Positions 19,973 to 29,459 of a DNA stretch of 64,000 bases are shown in pieces. The DNA comes from a virus. The notes under the pieces were generated by a model. That model was not told the origin of the DNA and made no database searches. It saw nothing but the letters and a program-made list of their open reading frames with translations. A program made the translations under genes and the position numbers. Where the stretch lies: the IMG/VR virus record IMGVR_UViG_3300045789_000711, positions 1-64,000 of that record. The stretch is one strand, 5' to 3'. The number at the start of each line of letters is the position of its first letter. Positions within the stretch are counted from its first letter, which is position 1.

Positions 19973-20324
19973 TTCTGAGTCAGCAAGGCGTCAACGTGCG
20001 ATGCGCGTTCGTGATAAGGCTCGTGGTATTAAGGGGCTAAAACTTCGCTGTACGACTGGGGAAAGCGCGCTTATTGATAATGTAAGCTTGGCTATGTCTC
20101 TTAAGCGTTCAGAAGCTTGTATGACGTTATTCTTTAATGAAGCCGAACGTCTAGGTATTGACACGTCACAGGTAAAGCCTGCAGCGGCAACCATTAGAAC
20201 ACCTAAAAATTCACCTGCACTAACGATACTCAATGAGCTATCGGAAGAGCTAGGCTTACCCGTATCAACGGTATTGCTGAATGCATTATCTGAATACAAA
20301 TCTTTATGTCAAAAAACATCCTAA
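19944..20324 (+). CDS. Hypothetical protein, possibly RHH-type DNA binding
   Basis: Basic N-terminal helix; C-terminal LNELSEELGLPVSTVLLNALSEY resembles RHH helices. Confidence 0.5.
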   Translation: MLFVKNPASDSESARRQRAMRVRDKARGIKGLKLRCTTGESALIDNVSLAMSLKRSEACMTLFFNEAERLGIDTSQVKPAAATIRTPKNSPALTILNELSEELGLPVSTVLLNALSEYKSLCQKTS

Positions 20325-20350
20325 CATCGTACTAAAAGGAAAACTTAAAA

Positions 20351-20608
20351 ATGTCAGAACGTGACCAAAACTTAGCGCCACTATGTACTATTGATGATGC
20401 TCGCAACCTTGCTAGCTACTTCATTGGCCAATACTTGCAGATGTGCCGTGCTGTGACCAATGATGATGCATTGAAGTGTATTGAAGTCTTAGTAAGTGAG
20501 ACTGCGCGCGTTAAGAGTGGTGTTGAAGAGTTGATAGCGAAAGCTACCCAAGAAGCGGCCAGCGCTAAAGAGGCTATCCCTGAATTAATTCGCGCCCCGC
20601 AGGCGTAG
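20351..20608 (+). CDS. Hypothetical protein
   Basis: AAGGA RBS; operator ACATCCTAACA at 20316. Confidence 0.6.
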   Translation: MSERDQNLAPLCTIDDARNLASYFIGQYLQMCRAVTNDDALKCIEVLVSETARVKSGVEELIAKATQEAASAKEAIPELIRAPQA

Positions 20609-20609
20609 T

Positions 20610-20801
20610 ATGGATAGTAAGGGTAAGCGGTACAAAGAGTGTGTTAATCCTTGCTGTAATACCATTGGCGCTAACTCTGCTGAGTTGCTTATGTTCCCAG
20701 CGGTGTATTACTGCCAAGACTGCGCCAAGCTTAGGAATGACGAGAGCTTGCGGTATAACAAAAAAGCGACGTGTATCGTAAAACCTAATCAAGTGAAATA
20801 A
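20610..20801 (+). CDS. TraR/DksA-like C4 zinc-finger protein
   Basis: C...CC..I........P...YCQDC. Confidence 0.6.
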   Translation: MDSKGKRYKECVNPCCNTIGANSAELLMFPAVYYCQDCAKLRNDESLRYNKKATCIVKPNQVK

Positions 20802-20832
20802 AAAAAGGCCTGCAATTTAGCAGGCCTTTTTT
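20800..20832. terminator. Bidirectional terminator
   Basis: A-run GGCCTGC-AATTTA-GCAGGCC T-run between convergent genes. Confidence 0.85.
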
Positions 20833-20833
20833 A

Positions 20834-21208
20834 TTACTGTCCTAAAGTGGGGATAACCGCTTTAGGTTTAGCTTGTACGGGTTCCGGTGCTGGTACAGGT
20901 TCCGGTTTATCTGCCTTGGCGGCTGGTTTTCCGGTACTGGCCTGCTCGATACCTATGCTCGCGGGAGCCAGAACGGAAATCAGCTTATTGCGCTTTTCAA
21001 TGGCTGATAGGCTGTTAAAGCTAGGGTCTGCATCAAGCATTTTAATGACGTCAGTAAAGCCCGTCTCTTTCATGATGAAGCCTACCGATAGGCAGTCACC
21101 AACAAATGTGCTTTTGCCATAGGCACCTTTGGCATGAGCATCAATGAAACGCGCCTCTGCGGCCCCGTGTTCACTCTTTGCTGTGTAGCGTATTTCCTTT
21201 TCTGACAT
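20834..21208 (-). CDS. Putative ParR/StbB-like adaptor
   Basis: Small gene directly downstream of parM with a flexible Pro-rich C-terminus. Confidence 0.6.
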   Translation of the reverse strand: MSEKEIRYTAKSEHGAAEARFIDAHAKGAYGKSTFVGDCLSVGFIMKETGFTDVIKMLDADPSFNSLSAIEKRNKLISVLAPASIGIEQASTGKPAAKADKPEPVPAPEPVQAKPKAVIPTLGQ

Positions 21209-21214
21209 AACTAA

Positions 21215-22270
21215 TTAAACCTTTTGAGTATGTAGTAGTTTGCGAACGCCGCGAACGATGGCCATTTCTGGCTGTTCCGGTATGTCGATAGTGTGGAACC
21301 AAGCTTGTGCGTGTTCTTGTAGCCAGTTAGCGCCGCCGCCAACAAACACTATGCGGGTTAACGTGCTTAGGTTTGAGTCTGTTAGCTTCATCATATCGCT
21401 GTAAACAAGGTCAGCAAGGTATTGAGCGGCCTCGTTAACCAAGTCTGACACGTCTATACGCGCCTTTACGGCACTTTCTTTGTTACTGGTAGATCCAATA
21501 TAGCCTAAATCGATAATGATTCGCAGATCTGAGTTTGAGAGCGCCTTGGTTGCGCCTAGGCCCAGTCTGTCAGCATTGCGATTAAGTAGCGTCTTGAAGT
21601 GTTCAAACATCTTGTGTACGCCGTTCTCACTCGTTGCGTAGTCGATAACTTCAAAGCCGCGACCAATAATCGCTAAATCATTTGAGAACTGGCCAAGGTC
21701 AATCACCAGCGTCTTAATGTCGTGTTCGTATTCTTCGTTAAATGAGCCGTTATCATCAATGGCCACGTAGACGTAAGCGGGTATGGCTTCTGGGAATACT
21801 AATATCTTATTAAGTATCGGCGCTGCAGTGGTGCCGTTGTAGCTGGTCACTGGTGAGTTAAGTGAAGCTTTCTTCTTTTCGATAAGGTCGGTATTGATTG
21901 GTGACTGACTATCGCCTTTGTTGTAGTAGTGGCTTGTCGGTACCGTGCAACCAATAATGATTTGTTGGCCATCAAGTCCGGCGTTGGCCAGTGTGTTGTT
22001 TACCAGTACGCGGTTAGCTTCTGATACTTGGTATTCACGGTAGCAAGTATCTTCTGGGTTAGATGATGCGTGTCGAACCGTATAAGCGTTGCCGCTTTCA
22101 CATACCCAAGCTGAATCGCTGATACCTGATAAGTCCATTAGTGCGCCTTTTTCGATGATAGACGGGTTATGGCCCTCGATAAGTGTGCCGTCTGGATCCA
22201 AAAATGAGTAAGCAATGTTTCCGGATCCATCATCAATTGCGACTAAAGGTATAAAATTTTCGTTGTTCAT
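21215..22270 (-). CDS. parM: Actin-like plasmid segregation ATPase ParM/StbA
   Basis: AIDDGSGN, FPEAIPA, VIDLGQFSND, FVGGGA. Confidence 0.9.
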   Translation of the reverse strand: MNNENFIPLVAIDDGSGNIAYSFLDPDGTLIEGHNPSIIEKGALMDLSGISDSAWVCESGNAYTVRHASSNPEDTCYREYQVSEANRVLVNNTLANAGLDGQQIIIGCTVPTSHYYNKGDSQSPINTDLIEKKKASLNSPVTSYNGTTAAPILNKILVFPEAIPAYVYVAIDDNGSFNEEYEHDIKTLVIDLGQFSNDLAIIGRGFEVIDYATSENGVHKMFEHFKTLLNRNADRLGLGATKALSNSDLRIIIDLGYIGSTSNKESAVKARIDVSDLVNEAAQYLADLVYSDMMKLTDSNLSTLTRIVFVGGGANWLQEHAQAWFHTIDIPEQPEMAIVRGVRKLLHTQKV

Positions 22271-22396
22271 ATATAAATCCCCGATTATTAATAAATGCCA
22301 AAAAGCGCGTATAAGTTACCATAAACACCCTAACAATAAACCATAAATACGCTAGTTTTGTGCGTATTTGTTCTGTTTAGCTGTTATTTGATCAGT

Positions 22397-22461
22397 CGCC
22401 TGCCTTGTTAATGTCATTTATCTGCCTGTAACCTGCTTACAACTCGCTTAAAACCTGCTTA
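22397..22461. repeat. 11-bp periodic repeats (AACCTGCTTA), candidate parC
   Basis: Copies at 22430, 22441 (AACTCGCTTA) and 22452; degenerate copies at 22419 and 22397; upstream of parM. Confidence 0.5.
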
Positions 22462-22552
22462 TTAGTGCGGTGGTTAACTGGATCCACAAATCGTGTGATA
22501 ACCCATTTCCTTTATGCGTTGCGCTCGCTTCTAATGTACGATAAGCCCAATT

Positions 22553-22563
22553 TGTTAGGATGT
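22553..22563 (-). promoter_or_regulatory. Putative C1 operator before pacA
   Basis: TGTTAGGATGT, downstream of a TACGAT -10. Confidence 0.75.
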
Positions 22564-22564
22564 A

Positions 22565-23917
22565 GTGGATCGGGTAAGAGCAAACAAGATGTCTAGCAGT
22601 TCAAAAGATTCTATTGATATTGACTGGTGTACGCACCGAGAAGACTTTGTGGTTAACCATGCCCCAAGTGGTACCAGTGCAAGAAAGTATCTATCGGAAC
22701 AAGGGCTTAACATCAATACAGGCCGTAAGCAGTTTGCAGCTATCGCCAAGCTTGAGGGTGATGGCTTGTCTTATGATGCCATTCGTAAAGCGCTATTTAG
22801 CAAGGCACCAGTCAAGGTTAAAAGTGGATCCAAGAGTGGATCTAAAAGTGGATCCAAGAGTGGATCTAAAAGTGGATCCAAGAGTGGATCCATAAAAGTG
22901 GATCCACCCGCTAGTAAGAATGCTAGATCCAAAACAACAAAGAAAAAACCCATAAAAAACAAAGATGTTACCGAGGGGAAAACAGAGCGAACACCCGTCA
23001 CGGAAAAGAAAAAAACCAAAACAACGAAACGGTTAACAAGTTCGTTACAACAAGTGTTCATTGACCGTTCGAGTGATATGCAAGCTGTGAATAGTGGCCG
23101 CTTCGCTGCAGGTAACACGGCGGCGGTTAAGACGGGTGCTTATATGAACTTGGTTCACGCACAAAGTGACATCGTTGAAACGGTATTGAATTGCCGTCTA
23201 GGTGATGTATCGGGCCTCGTTAAGCTTTCGGAAATTCGTTACATCCAAATGGAACGCTTGCTTGTTGATAGGTTGGTCACTATTGAGCAACGCGCGCTTG
23301 AGGGTAACTTACCGCGTGACCACAACAACGAAGTCATTAGTAAGGAGGATTTGGTTAGAGAGGCCTATTGGGGGTCGTCTTCTGTCTTAACGGGTTTGCT
23401 TGGCACGTTGACGATGGCCCATACCCAAGCCAGTAAAGCCGAAGTTGATAATGAAATCAAAATGGGCCGCTACTTAAAGGAAAAAGCAGATCGCGAGTTC
23501 CTTATCAGTTTATCCCAAGAGCGTGAAGCCAATGAAGATATGACCGCGCTAGAAATGGCGAGGCGCATTGAGGCTTATGGCTTGTCGCCATCCCCAATAA
23601 TTACAGCCGAAGCGCTGAAAGAAATCGAATTGATGCGTCCTAAAGTCGATACGTCCGGCATTAGTGAAGAAGAGCTTGATGCCAAAGTTGAAAGCTACAT
23701 GCAAAAAGTTAAAACCGATGTTGATGCTATGTCTTCGCGTCGTGGAATATTGGAAGAGCTTATGCTGCAGAGTAAGGCTGAACTTGAGGCTGGCGGCTTA
23801 GACGAAGAGGATTTCCAAAGTACAGCGTATTCCGGTTTGGAATATGACGAGAGTGAAGATGTTGAGTTTAGCGGGATAGATAGCGACGACATCGATAACG
23901 ACGAGTGGAGTGATTAA
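22565..23917 (+). CDS. pacA: Terminase small subunit (P1 PacA-like)
   Basis: IDW..HR..F N-terminus, GRFAAGNTAAVKTGAY, acidic tail; directly upstream of pacB. Confidence 0.85.
   Translation: MDRVRANKMSSSSKDSIDIDWCTHREDFVVNHAPSGTSARKYLSEQGLNINTGRKQFAAIAKLEGDGLSYDAIRKALFSKAPVKVKSGSKSGSKSGSKSGSKSGSKSGSIKVDPPASKNARSKTTKKKPIKNKDVTEGKTERTPVTEKKKTKTTKRLTSSLQQVFIDRSSDMQAVNSGRFAAGNTAAVKTGAYMNLVHAQSDIVETVLNCRLGDVSGLVKLSEIRYIQMERLLVDRLVTIEQRALEGNLPRDHNNEVISKEDLVREAYWGSSSVLTGLLGTLTMAHTQASKAEVDNEIKMGRYLKEKADREFLISLSQEREANEDMTALEMARRIEAYGLSPSPIITAEALKEIELMRPKVDTSGISEEELDAKVESYMQKVKTDVDAMSSRRGILEELMLQSKAELEAGGLDEEDFQSTAYSGLEYDESEDVEFSGIDSDDIDNDEWSD
22820..22930 (+). repeat. Putative pac site: 12-bp periodic AGTGGATC repeats
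   Basis: GATC at 22827, 22839, 22851, 22863, 22875, 22887, 22901 and 22926 inside 5' pacA. Confidence 0.75.
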
Positions 23918-23919
23918 TC

Positions 23920-25410
23920 ATGGCTGCTGTCGTTAAGTCTATTCGTACAGATCCACGCTGGGTCGAGTTGGTTGTCAAGTTTCGCTATAACTGGGTTATG
24001 GCCCCCATTCATCTAATGGGATTCGAGCCTGTACCTCACCAGTTAGAGCTTTTATCTGCAGCACAGAAAACGGGTTGCCGTGTGTCGGTGTCTTCTGGCC
24101 ACGGTACGGGTAAGTCATCACAGATAGCGATTGTCGTATTAATCTTTATGCTCATGTTCCCTGAGTCCCGTGTAATTCTGGTCGCCAACAAATTGGATCA
24201 GGTAAAGATTGCGGTACTGAAAAACATTAAGATTTATTGGCGACAAATGATTAAGTTTCATCCGTGGATAGAAGAGTATTTCGTCTTAACGGATACGACG
24301 TTTTATGAGCGCGCCAGTAAGGGCATTTGGGAGTTATCACCCAAGGCCTACAAGATAGGTAACGAAGAAGCATTAGCGGGTGAACACGCCAAGCACATGC
24401 TTTGGATCATCGATGAAGCGTCCGGTATCTCTGATAAAGCCTTTGGTGTGATTACAGGCTCGCTAACTGAGGCGAATAACCGCTTAGTGTTACTGTCCCA
24501 GCCAACGCGGGATAACGGGTTTTTCTGGCAGACACACAACGATCCGTCGATTATGCGCGATTGGATGTCGTTAATCTTCAATTCCGAAGACTCACCGCTT
24601 GTTACCGATTCCTTTGTCATGGAAAAATTCAGGCAGTACGGCAATGACCGTAACAGTCCTGAATACATGATTAAAGTGCGCGGGTTGTTCCCCAAAGACT
24701 TCAAAGGCTATTTGCTTACCTCTGACGATATGCTTAAGGCAACAAGGGCCAAGCCTCGGTTATCTAAGCACGAGTGGGGTTGGGTGTTTACCTGTGACGT
24801 TGGTAACGGCCGAGATAGCTCTGTTATCAATATTAACCGCGTGTCCGGTCACGGGCTTGATAGGCGTTCCGTTAACGTTGAGGTGATTGAGTATTCAGGC
24901 TCGATTGATCCGGTTAACTTTGGTCGTGAGATAGTCGCACTGGTTAAGACGGGTAATTACCCTAATGTGTCGGTTTGTATCGATGCCGACGGTGTGGGTT
25001 CGTCTACGTGTCAGATAGTGGAAGAAGCGGGGATCACGGTCACTCGCATACGCTGGGGTCAACCTTGTTTCTCTGACGAGGATAAGCTTAGGTTTATCAA
25101 TAAACGCGCCATGGCGGCTGTTTATACGAAAGATGCGATACGTTCGGGCCGTATGAGAATAGACACGAACCGTAAGACGCGCTTACAGGGCGCGCGTATA
25201 CCTTACTTGATAGATGATAAGGGTCGATTTGTTATTGAGAAAAAGAGTGTGATGCGTGAAAAGCTCAATATACCGTCGCCTGATAGATTCGACACTTACT
25301 GCTTTATTCAATTGGCCGATGTGACTCCGGCAAATGCTGAGGTAGATATTCATACTATGGAAGAGCGAGAAGCGCACGGCGGTTGGGCGAAAGAAATCAC
25401 CCAAGCCTAG
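23920..25410 (+). CDS. pacB: Terminase large subunit (P1 PacB-like)
   Basis: SGHGTGKS Walker A, IIDEASG Walker B, CDVG and SPDRFD nuclease motifs; 496 aa. Confidence 0.93.
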   Translation: MAAVVKSIRTDPRWVELVVKFRYNWVMAPIHLMGFEPVPHQLELLSAAQKTGCRVSVSSGHGTGKSSQIAIVVLIFMLMFPESRVILVANKLDQVKIAVLKNIKIYWRQMIKFHPWIEEYFVLTDTTFYERASKGIWELSPKAYKIGNEEALAGEHAKHMLWIIDEASGISDKAFGVITGSLTEANNRLVLLSQPTRDNGFFWQTHNDPSIMRDWMSLIFNSEDSPLVTDSFVMEKFRQYGNDRNSPEYMIKVRGLFPKDFKGYLLTSDDMLKATRAKPRLSKHEWGWVFTCDVGNGRDSSVININRVSGHGLDRRSVNVEVIEYSGSIDPVNFGREIVALVKTGNYPNVSVCIDADGVGSSTCQIVEEAGITVTRIRWGQPCFSDEDKLRFINKRAMAAVYTKDAIRSGRMRIDTNRKTRLQGARIPYLIDDKGRFVIEKKSVMREKLNIPSPDRFDTYCFIQLADVTPANAEVDIHTMEEREAHGGWAKEITQA

Positions 25411-25439
25411 TATCATCCCTGTTAATGCTTTGCTCGTCC

Positions 25440-26534
25440 TTATTCTTTAGGCTTGGTTCGCGGGGCTTTCTTCTTTGGCTTTACTTTGGACAATGCCAGA
25501 TCTGATTGCTTTTTAAGTAGTATTTTTTGACGTTCAAGGGCGCGCTTTTCAGCTTCGAGCTTATTCGCTTCGGCCTTAAGCTTCTTGGCTACGTCTTTGG
25601 CGGCTTGTTGTTCTGCTAGCTTACGCTTGGCTTCACTGTCCTTAAACTTAATTTCACGGTCAGTAATGGCTTGCTGCATTTTGTTAGCTGCGATGATTTT
25701 TTCTTTTTGGGCTTTGGCCACGCGTTCCTCGCGCTGCTTTACCTTAAGTGCTTCGGCGTCCTTAGCCTCTTGCGCTTTTCTGTCTTTTTCCTCAATGGCC
25801 GCGCGCCTGTCCTCTGCGGTTTTGGCCCGAGCATTAATCAAATCGGTTTCACGAAACAAAAAGCCTCTTGTCTGCAGTGAACACTGGATAATAGGCACCC
25901 CCAAGTCTTCTACACGGTCTGAACGAACAAAGTCGCGGCCCGAGTCAGGCATGTGGATAGCGCATAGGTTCTTAGGGTCGTAAATGAATACACCCGCAAA
26001 AGGAACCCTAACCTTATCGAGTTCTATATCACCCTTTTGGCGATGTAATAGCACAACCTCAGTGTATCCCTCTGTACGAATGCGATAGGTATTCTCTGGG
26101 TCGTCTTTGAAACGTTGGATCTCTTCTTCAAGCGCAATCACTTTGTCGCTAACGCCGCCGGATTGCTTTGTGACGCGTCGCAAGTCTCGCAGTCGTAGAA
26201 TAATCCTATCCTTAGAGATTTTACGGGTGCTGGTGGCCTTATTCACTTTAATGAATACATCGGCCTGCTTATGTAGAATGCGTGGCTCTGGGGAGAAGAT
26301 AATCGACTTCCTGTTGTATCGAGCAGGGTCGCCCTCACAAAGTTGGTCGGCCAATGAGTGCCAAAGGGCAATCATTTTATTTACCTTCCTTAGTTGGGTG
26401 TCGTCTCGAATCACCGATAATGGCCTAACCTTTTCGCCGTCCCTATCTTCTGAATAAACAGAATTAGATACCGCGTAAGCGATCAGTTCACTTCTTAGTT
26501 CGAGGAATTTATCGTAGAGGGTAAAGAGTTCCAT
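25440..26534 (-). CDS. c1: Primary repressor C1 (P1-like) with extended K/E-rich C-terminus
   Basis: Convergent on pacB as in P1; LYDKFLELR, DGEKVRPLSV, YRIRTEGYTE and AGVFIYD align with remembered P1 C1 segments; operator at 26563. Confidence 0.85.
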   Translation of the reverse strand: MELFTLYDKFLELRSELIAYAVSNSVYSEDRDGEKVRPLSVIRDDTQLRKVNKMIALWHSLADQLCEGDPARYNRKSIIFSPEPRILHKQADVFIKVNKATSTRKISKDRIILRLRDLRRVTKQSGGVSDKVIALEEEIQRFKDDPENTYRIRTEGYTEVVLLHRQKGDIELDKVRVPFAGVFIYDPKNLCAIHMPDSGRDFVRSDRVEDLGVPIIQCSLQTRGFLFRETDLINARAKTAEDRRAAIEEKDRKAQEAKDAEALKVKQREERVAKAQKEKIIAANKMQQAITDREIKFKDSEAKRKLAEQQAAKDVAKKLKAEANKLEAEKRALERQKILLKKQSDLALSKVKPKKKAPRTKPKE

Positions 26535-26562
26535 AAGTCCTCAATTGTAGTTAATTGTCGTT

Positions 26563-26573
26563 ACATCCTAACG
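26563..26573 (+). promoter_or_regulatory. Putative C1 operator upstream of c1 (autoregulation)
   Basis: ACATCCTAACG 29 bp from the c1 start. Confidence 0.75.
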
Positions 26574-26700
26574 AAATGTGCAACAAGCTACAAGGGGGAG
26601 GGAGGGCTATGTGAGCGCTCACTTGATAAACCTATAATAAAATCGCTGTAAATTTAGCGGTTTCCATAAAAGCCTATCAAGCGAGATAACTTTTTAAAGA

Positions 26701-27045
26701 TTAGTAAAGTTTTGTAAATCGTTTGATTAGCGCATCACAAGCTATAAGGGCCACCAGCATTCCTATGGTGTAAATGGTTATTTGATAGCTTTTGTCGGCA
26801 ACGTGCGCCGAGTAAGTCGTGGATAATGTTATCGTAAAGCAGGTTAGCATTAGCAATAACTCCAATCTTTTCACTTTTAGCACGGCTGCAAACTGCAGCA
26901 AAAATCCTACAATTAGAATGGCGAATGTCTCACACACGCCGTCAGGCATTTTTATCGTGAGAATGTTCATTGTTGCAATTCCAATCAAGGTGCCAGCTAT
27001 CATGCTGCTGATAAGCGCTGATGCTATTGGCTTGGCTTTGTTCAT
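26701..27045 (-). CDS. Small 4-TM membrane protein
   Basis: Four hydrophobic segments; AT-rich DNA. Confidence 0.65.
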   Translation of the reverse strand: MNKAKPIASALISSMIAGTLIGIATMNILTIKMPDGVCETFAILIVGFLLQFAAVLKVKRLELLLMLTCFTITLSTTYSAHVADKSYQITIYTIGMLVALIACDALIKRFTKLY

Positions 27046-27284
27046 GAATAGACGATCTCATATTCTATCAAGGTTAAATACTCTGCGATCATGTGTGAGA
27101 TTGTTGCAATCTCAATCCTAAGTGTTGATGCATCGATTGTTGGGTTAAGGCCAATGATAAATGCTTGTAACATTTGGTTAAATGTCTGCTGGGGGTTCTC
27201 GTTTTTTTCTATAGCAATTTCAAAAAGGCTTTCAATATCGCACTCGCTAGCAGTGGTACAAAGCCCATTGTTGTGTTTTTCCAT
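27042..27284 (-). CDS. Hypothetical protein
   Basis: 80 aa, ATGA overlap with the downstream membrane gene. Confidence 0.55.
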   Translation of the reverse strand: MEKHNNGLCTTASECDIESLFEIAIEKNENPQQTFNQMLQAFIIGLNPTIDASTLRIEIATISHMIAEYLTLIEYEIVYS

Positions 27285-27688
27285 TATCGTAATTGATCCG
27301 GTTAAGTTGATGATTCGCGCCTAAGCGCCCTCTAGCATTTGTTCCCCTAAAAAGGTGGTAATTGAAATTTGCGCTGACATCCTAACAGTATTTATTTTAA
27401 ATAAAAGCGCCAAAAAACCATCTACCAATAAATAATTATTCCTTGGTGAATATAGTTTTACCTCTTAATAGTCAGGTAAACCAACTCTATGCGCTTGTAA
27501 CCCGCTATTCGTCTGGACTAATACTAAATGATGTCTTTTTTTTGACGCGCCAATTAACTGATTAAGTATCGTTTTCGTTACTTTGTTAGGATAAATAAAT
27601 CTTGCTTACTTACCGTTTCGAGAGTATTTTTCCTTTTCCAGCATGAGGCTGGCACTTTTGGCAGAGTGAAATTAGGAGTAATCGGGTA

Positions 27689-28312
27689 ATGAATGAGTTA
27701 GAAATGAGGGTATATCGTGATGGTGACGATATGCGTTATGTGTATGGTCAGTTAGTCGCAAAGGCTCGGCATAGAGAGGCTAGGATCGTGCAATTGGGTT
27801 GCAACGTGTCACTAAAGCCCAAAGAGTTAATATCGCTTAAATTTAGTCAGTTTGTTGTTAATTCCAGTGGAATGCGTTTTATTCGTGATGAATCGGCATT
27901 GCATCATATCGAAGTGGTTAATCGTGCCGCTTTGGAAGCCTACGACATTCGTCGTCGGACTCACCCCCGCAGTGAGTACCTATTTGAGAACGAGCGCATT
28001 TCATCGCGTGGTAACGTGCCAGTGAGCCGTCAGGTTGTCTCTTATGTATTCCGCTCAACTAATTGTAAGATTTTGTCAGGTGAAATGATGTCACTCGAAT
28101 TGCTTCGTAAAGTGTGGGCGCGTCGCTACCTTGTTAACGGTGGCAATATCCCTTTTCTACGGGAACGCTTCAATCAAGCGTCAAATGCGGCTACTGTTGA
28201 GTATTTAGGTCTGGTAGGGGTTGAGGGTGTCGATATGAAGCGCCACCAGCCAGAAGACGAACAACGTGTTTTATTATCAGTATCACCGCTTTACTTGAAC
28301 GAGGAATTTTAA
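27689..28312 (+). CDS. Tyrosine-recombinase-fold protein with degenerate active site
   Basis: LKPKELISLK (R->K), EYLF, VSRQVV, ELLRKVWA (HxxR->ExxR), FNQAS...T.EYL; operators at 27377 and 27584. Confidence 0.7.
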   Translation: MNELEMRVYRDGDDMRYVYGQLVAKARHREARIVQLGCNVSLKPKELISLKFSQFVVNSSGMRFIRDESALHHIEVVNRAALEAYDIRRRTHPRSEYLFENERISSRGNVPVSRQVVSYVFRSTNCKILSGEMMSLELLRKVWARRYLVNGGNIPFLRERFNQASNAATVEYLGLVGVEGVDMKRHQPEDEQRVLLSVSPLYLNEEF

Positions 28313-28313
28313 C

Positions 28314-28553
28314 GTGATGGATTATATTAAGTTAGACAGTGTGAGTGAGTATGAAATGGATTTTGTGCGTCGTCTTCGTTTCAGTAAGTGTCTTGATACA
28401 TTAGACCGCCAGTGTGAGCTATTAGAAGCCAGCCATAAGGGCCAGTTTAAAGCGCTTGCTGCTATTAACGTGGCTTGGTGTATTCGTGAGCAAGAGTTAT
28501 TGCGCGTTGGTGCGCCAGTCTTTAAAACAGGTAAAGTGAGGATGTCAGTATGA
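28314..28553 (+). CDS. Hha/YmoA-like nucleoid modulator
   Basis: FVRRLRFSKCLDTLDR ... AW..REQEL parallels Hha YLMRLRRCQTIDTLER ... AADHRLAEL. Confidence 0.65.
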   Translation: MMDYIKLDSVSEYEMDFVRRLRFSKCLDTLDRQCELLEASHKGQFKALAAINVAWCIREQELLRVGAPVFKTGKVRMSV

Positions 28554-29038
28554 TGAACGTACAAGAACGTATAGCGGCCCTTATGGAAGAGTTTAAAGTC
28601 GAAATTGATAAGCATGGTTTTACTGCCGTTGCTACTCAGGGGTTTGCTTATACCGTTGGTATGGCCAAGTACGGTTTACCTGAAATCATTGTTTCATCGC
28701 CTAACCCTAAAATGTCTCATACTTTAATCGCCATAGTTGCTAAGGTATTTATCTATGAGGGTAAATGCACTGAGGGGTTGATCGTTGATGCTGTGCCGCT
28801 AAGGGGGGATAAGTTCTTATCGCTTAATGTGGAACCTACCCAAAGTGATGGCGTGGTCATTGATCAGTATATCGTTCAGGCGGGTAACTTTTATCGTTCA
28901 TATCCCGAGTATCAAGTTAAACCTATGTCTGTCTGTCAGGTAGTGTGGCCTGATTCAAAAGGCTTGTTCCCGCGTGATGCTGGTTACGACTTTGATAAAT
29001 GCCCTCAGTACATCTTTAAGGATGTAGACCATGACTAA
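28550..29038 (+). CDS. DUF4262 domain protein
   Basis: FAYTVG....GLPEII, QVVWPD..G.FP. Confidence 0.85.
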   Translation: MMNVQERIAALMEEFKVEIDKHGFTAVATQGFAYTVGMAKYGLPEIIVSSPNPKMSHTLIAIVAKVFIYEGKCTEGLIVDAVPLRGDKFLSLNVEPTQSDGVVIDQYIVQAGNFYRSYPEYQVKPMSVCQVVWPDSKGLFPRDAGYDFDKCPQYIFKDVDHD

Positions 29039-29411
29039 GGAAATTACTCATTACTTTGGCACACTACGGGATATGCCAGTGGCAACGCGGTTTTATGGTG
29101 TTAAGACAATCCGCAATCATGTATTGCATTATCTTTGTGAGCTGGTGGACGTGACCGAAAAAGGCTATGTGGTTGCATTGGTGATCAAAGAGGTGTCCCG
29201 CTCGGTGACTGGGCGAGTCAGGCCAAGCATGCTGCTGGTTAATGATGGCGTGTTACACCTTAGAGCGTCCAAGTGCTATCTCTATGCTGCACAAGTGGAT
29301 CTCCGCGCTACCGTTCAGGCGAGGCCGTCGGCCCATTGGTTTGAAAGTTTGGATAAGCCAGCGATATACAAAACGATGTTAGAGCCGCAACCGTTGTTAC
29401 GCGCTGGATAG
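29031..29411 (+). CDS. Hypothetical protein
   Basis: 126 aa, overlaps the upstream gene. Confidence 0.6.
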   Translation: MTKEITHYFGTLRDMPVATRFYGVKTIRNHVLHYLCELVDVTEKGYVVALVIKEVSRSVTGRVRPSMLLVNDGVLHLRASKCYLYAAQVDLRATVQARPSAHWFESLDKPAIYKTMLEPQPLLRAG

Positions 29412-29459
29412 TTAACCCTTTTGTTTTAGCGCCTACGGGCGCTTTATTGGACGAATACC

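Noticed and set aside
22614-23118. ORFs with VDPR/LLDP repeats
   Set aside because: Alternative-frame readings of the pac repeats inside pacA
27285-27688. loxP site at the P1-equivalent position
   Set aside because: No 13-8-13 inverted repeat; only a 7-bp arm pair at 27457-27480
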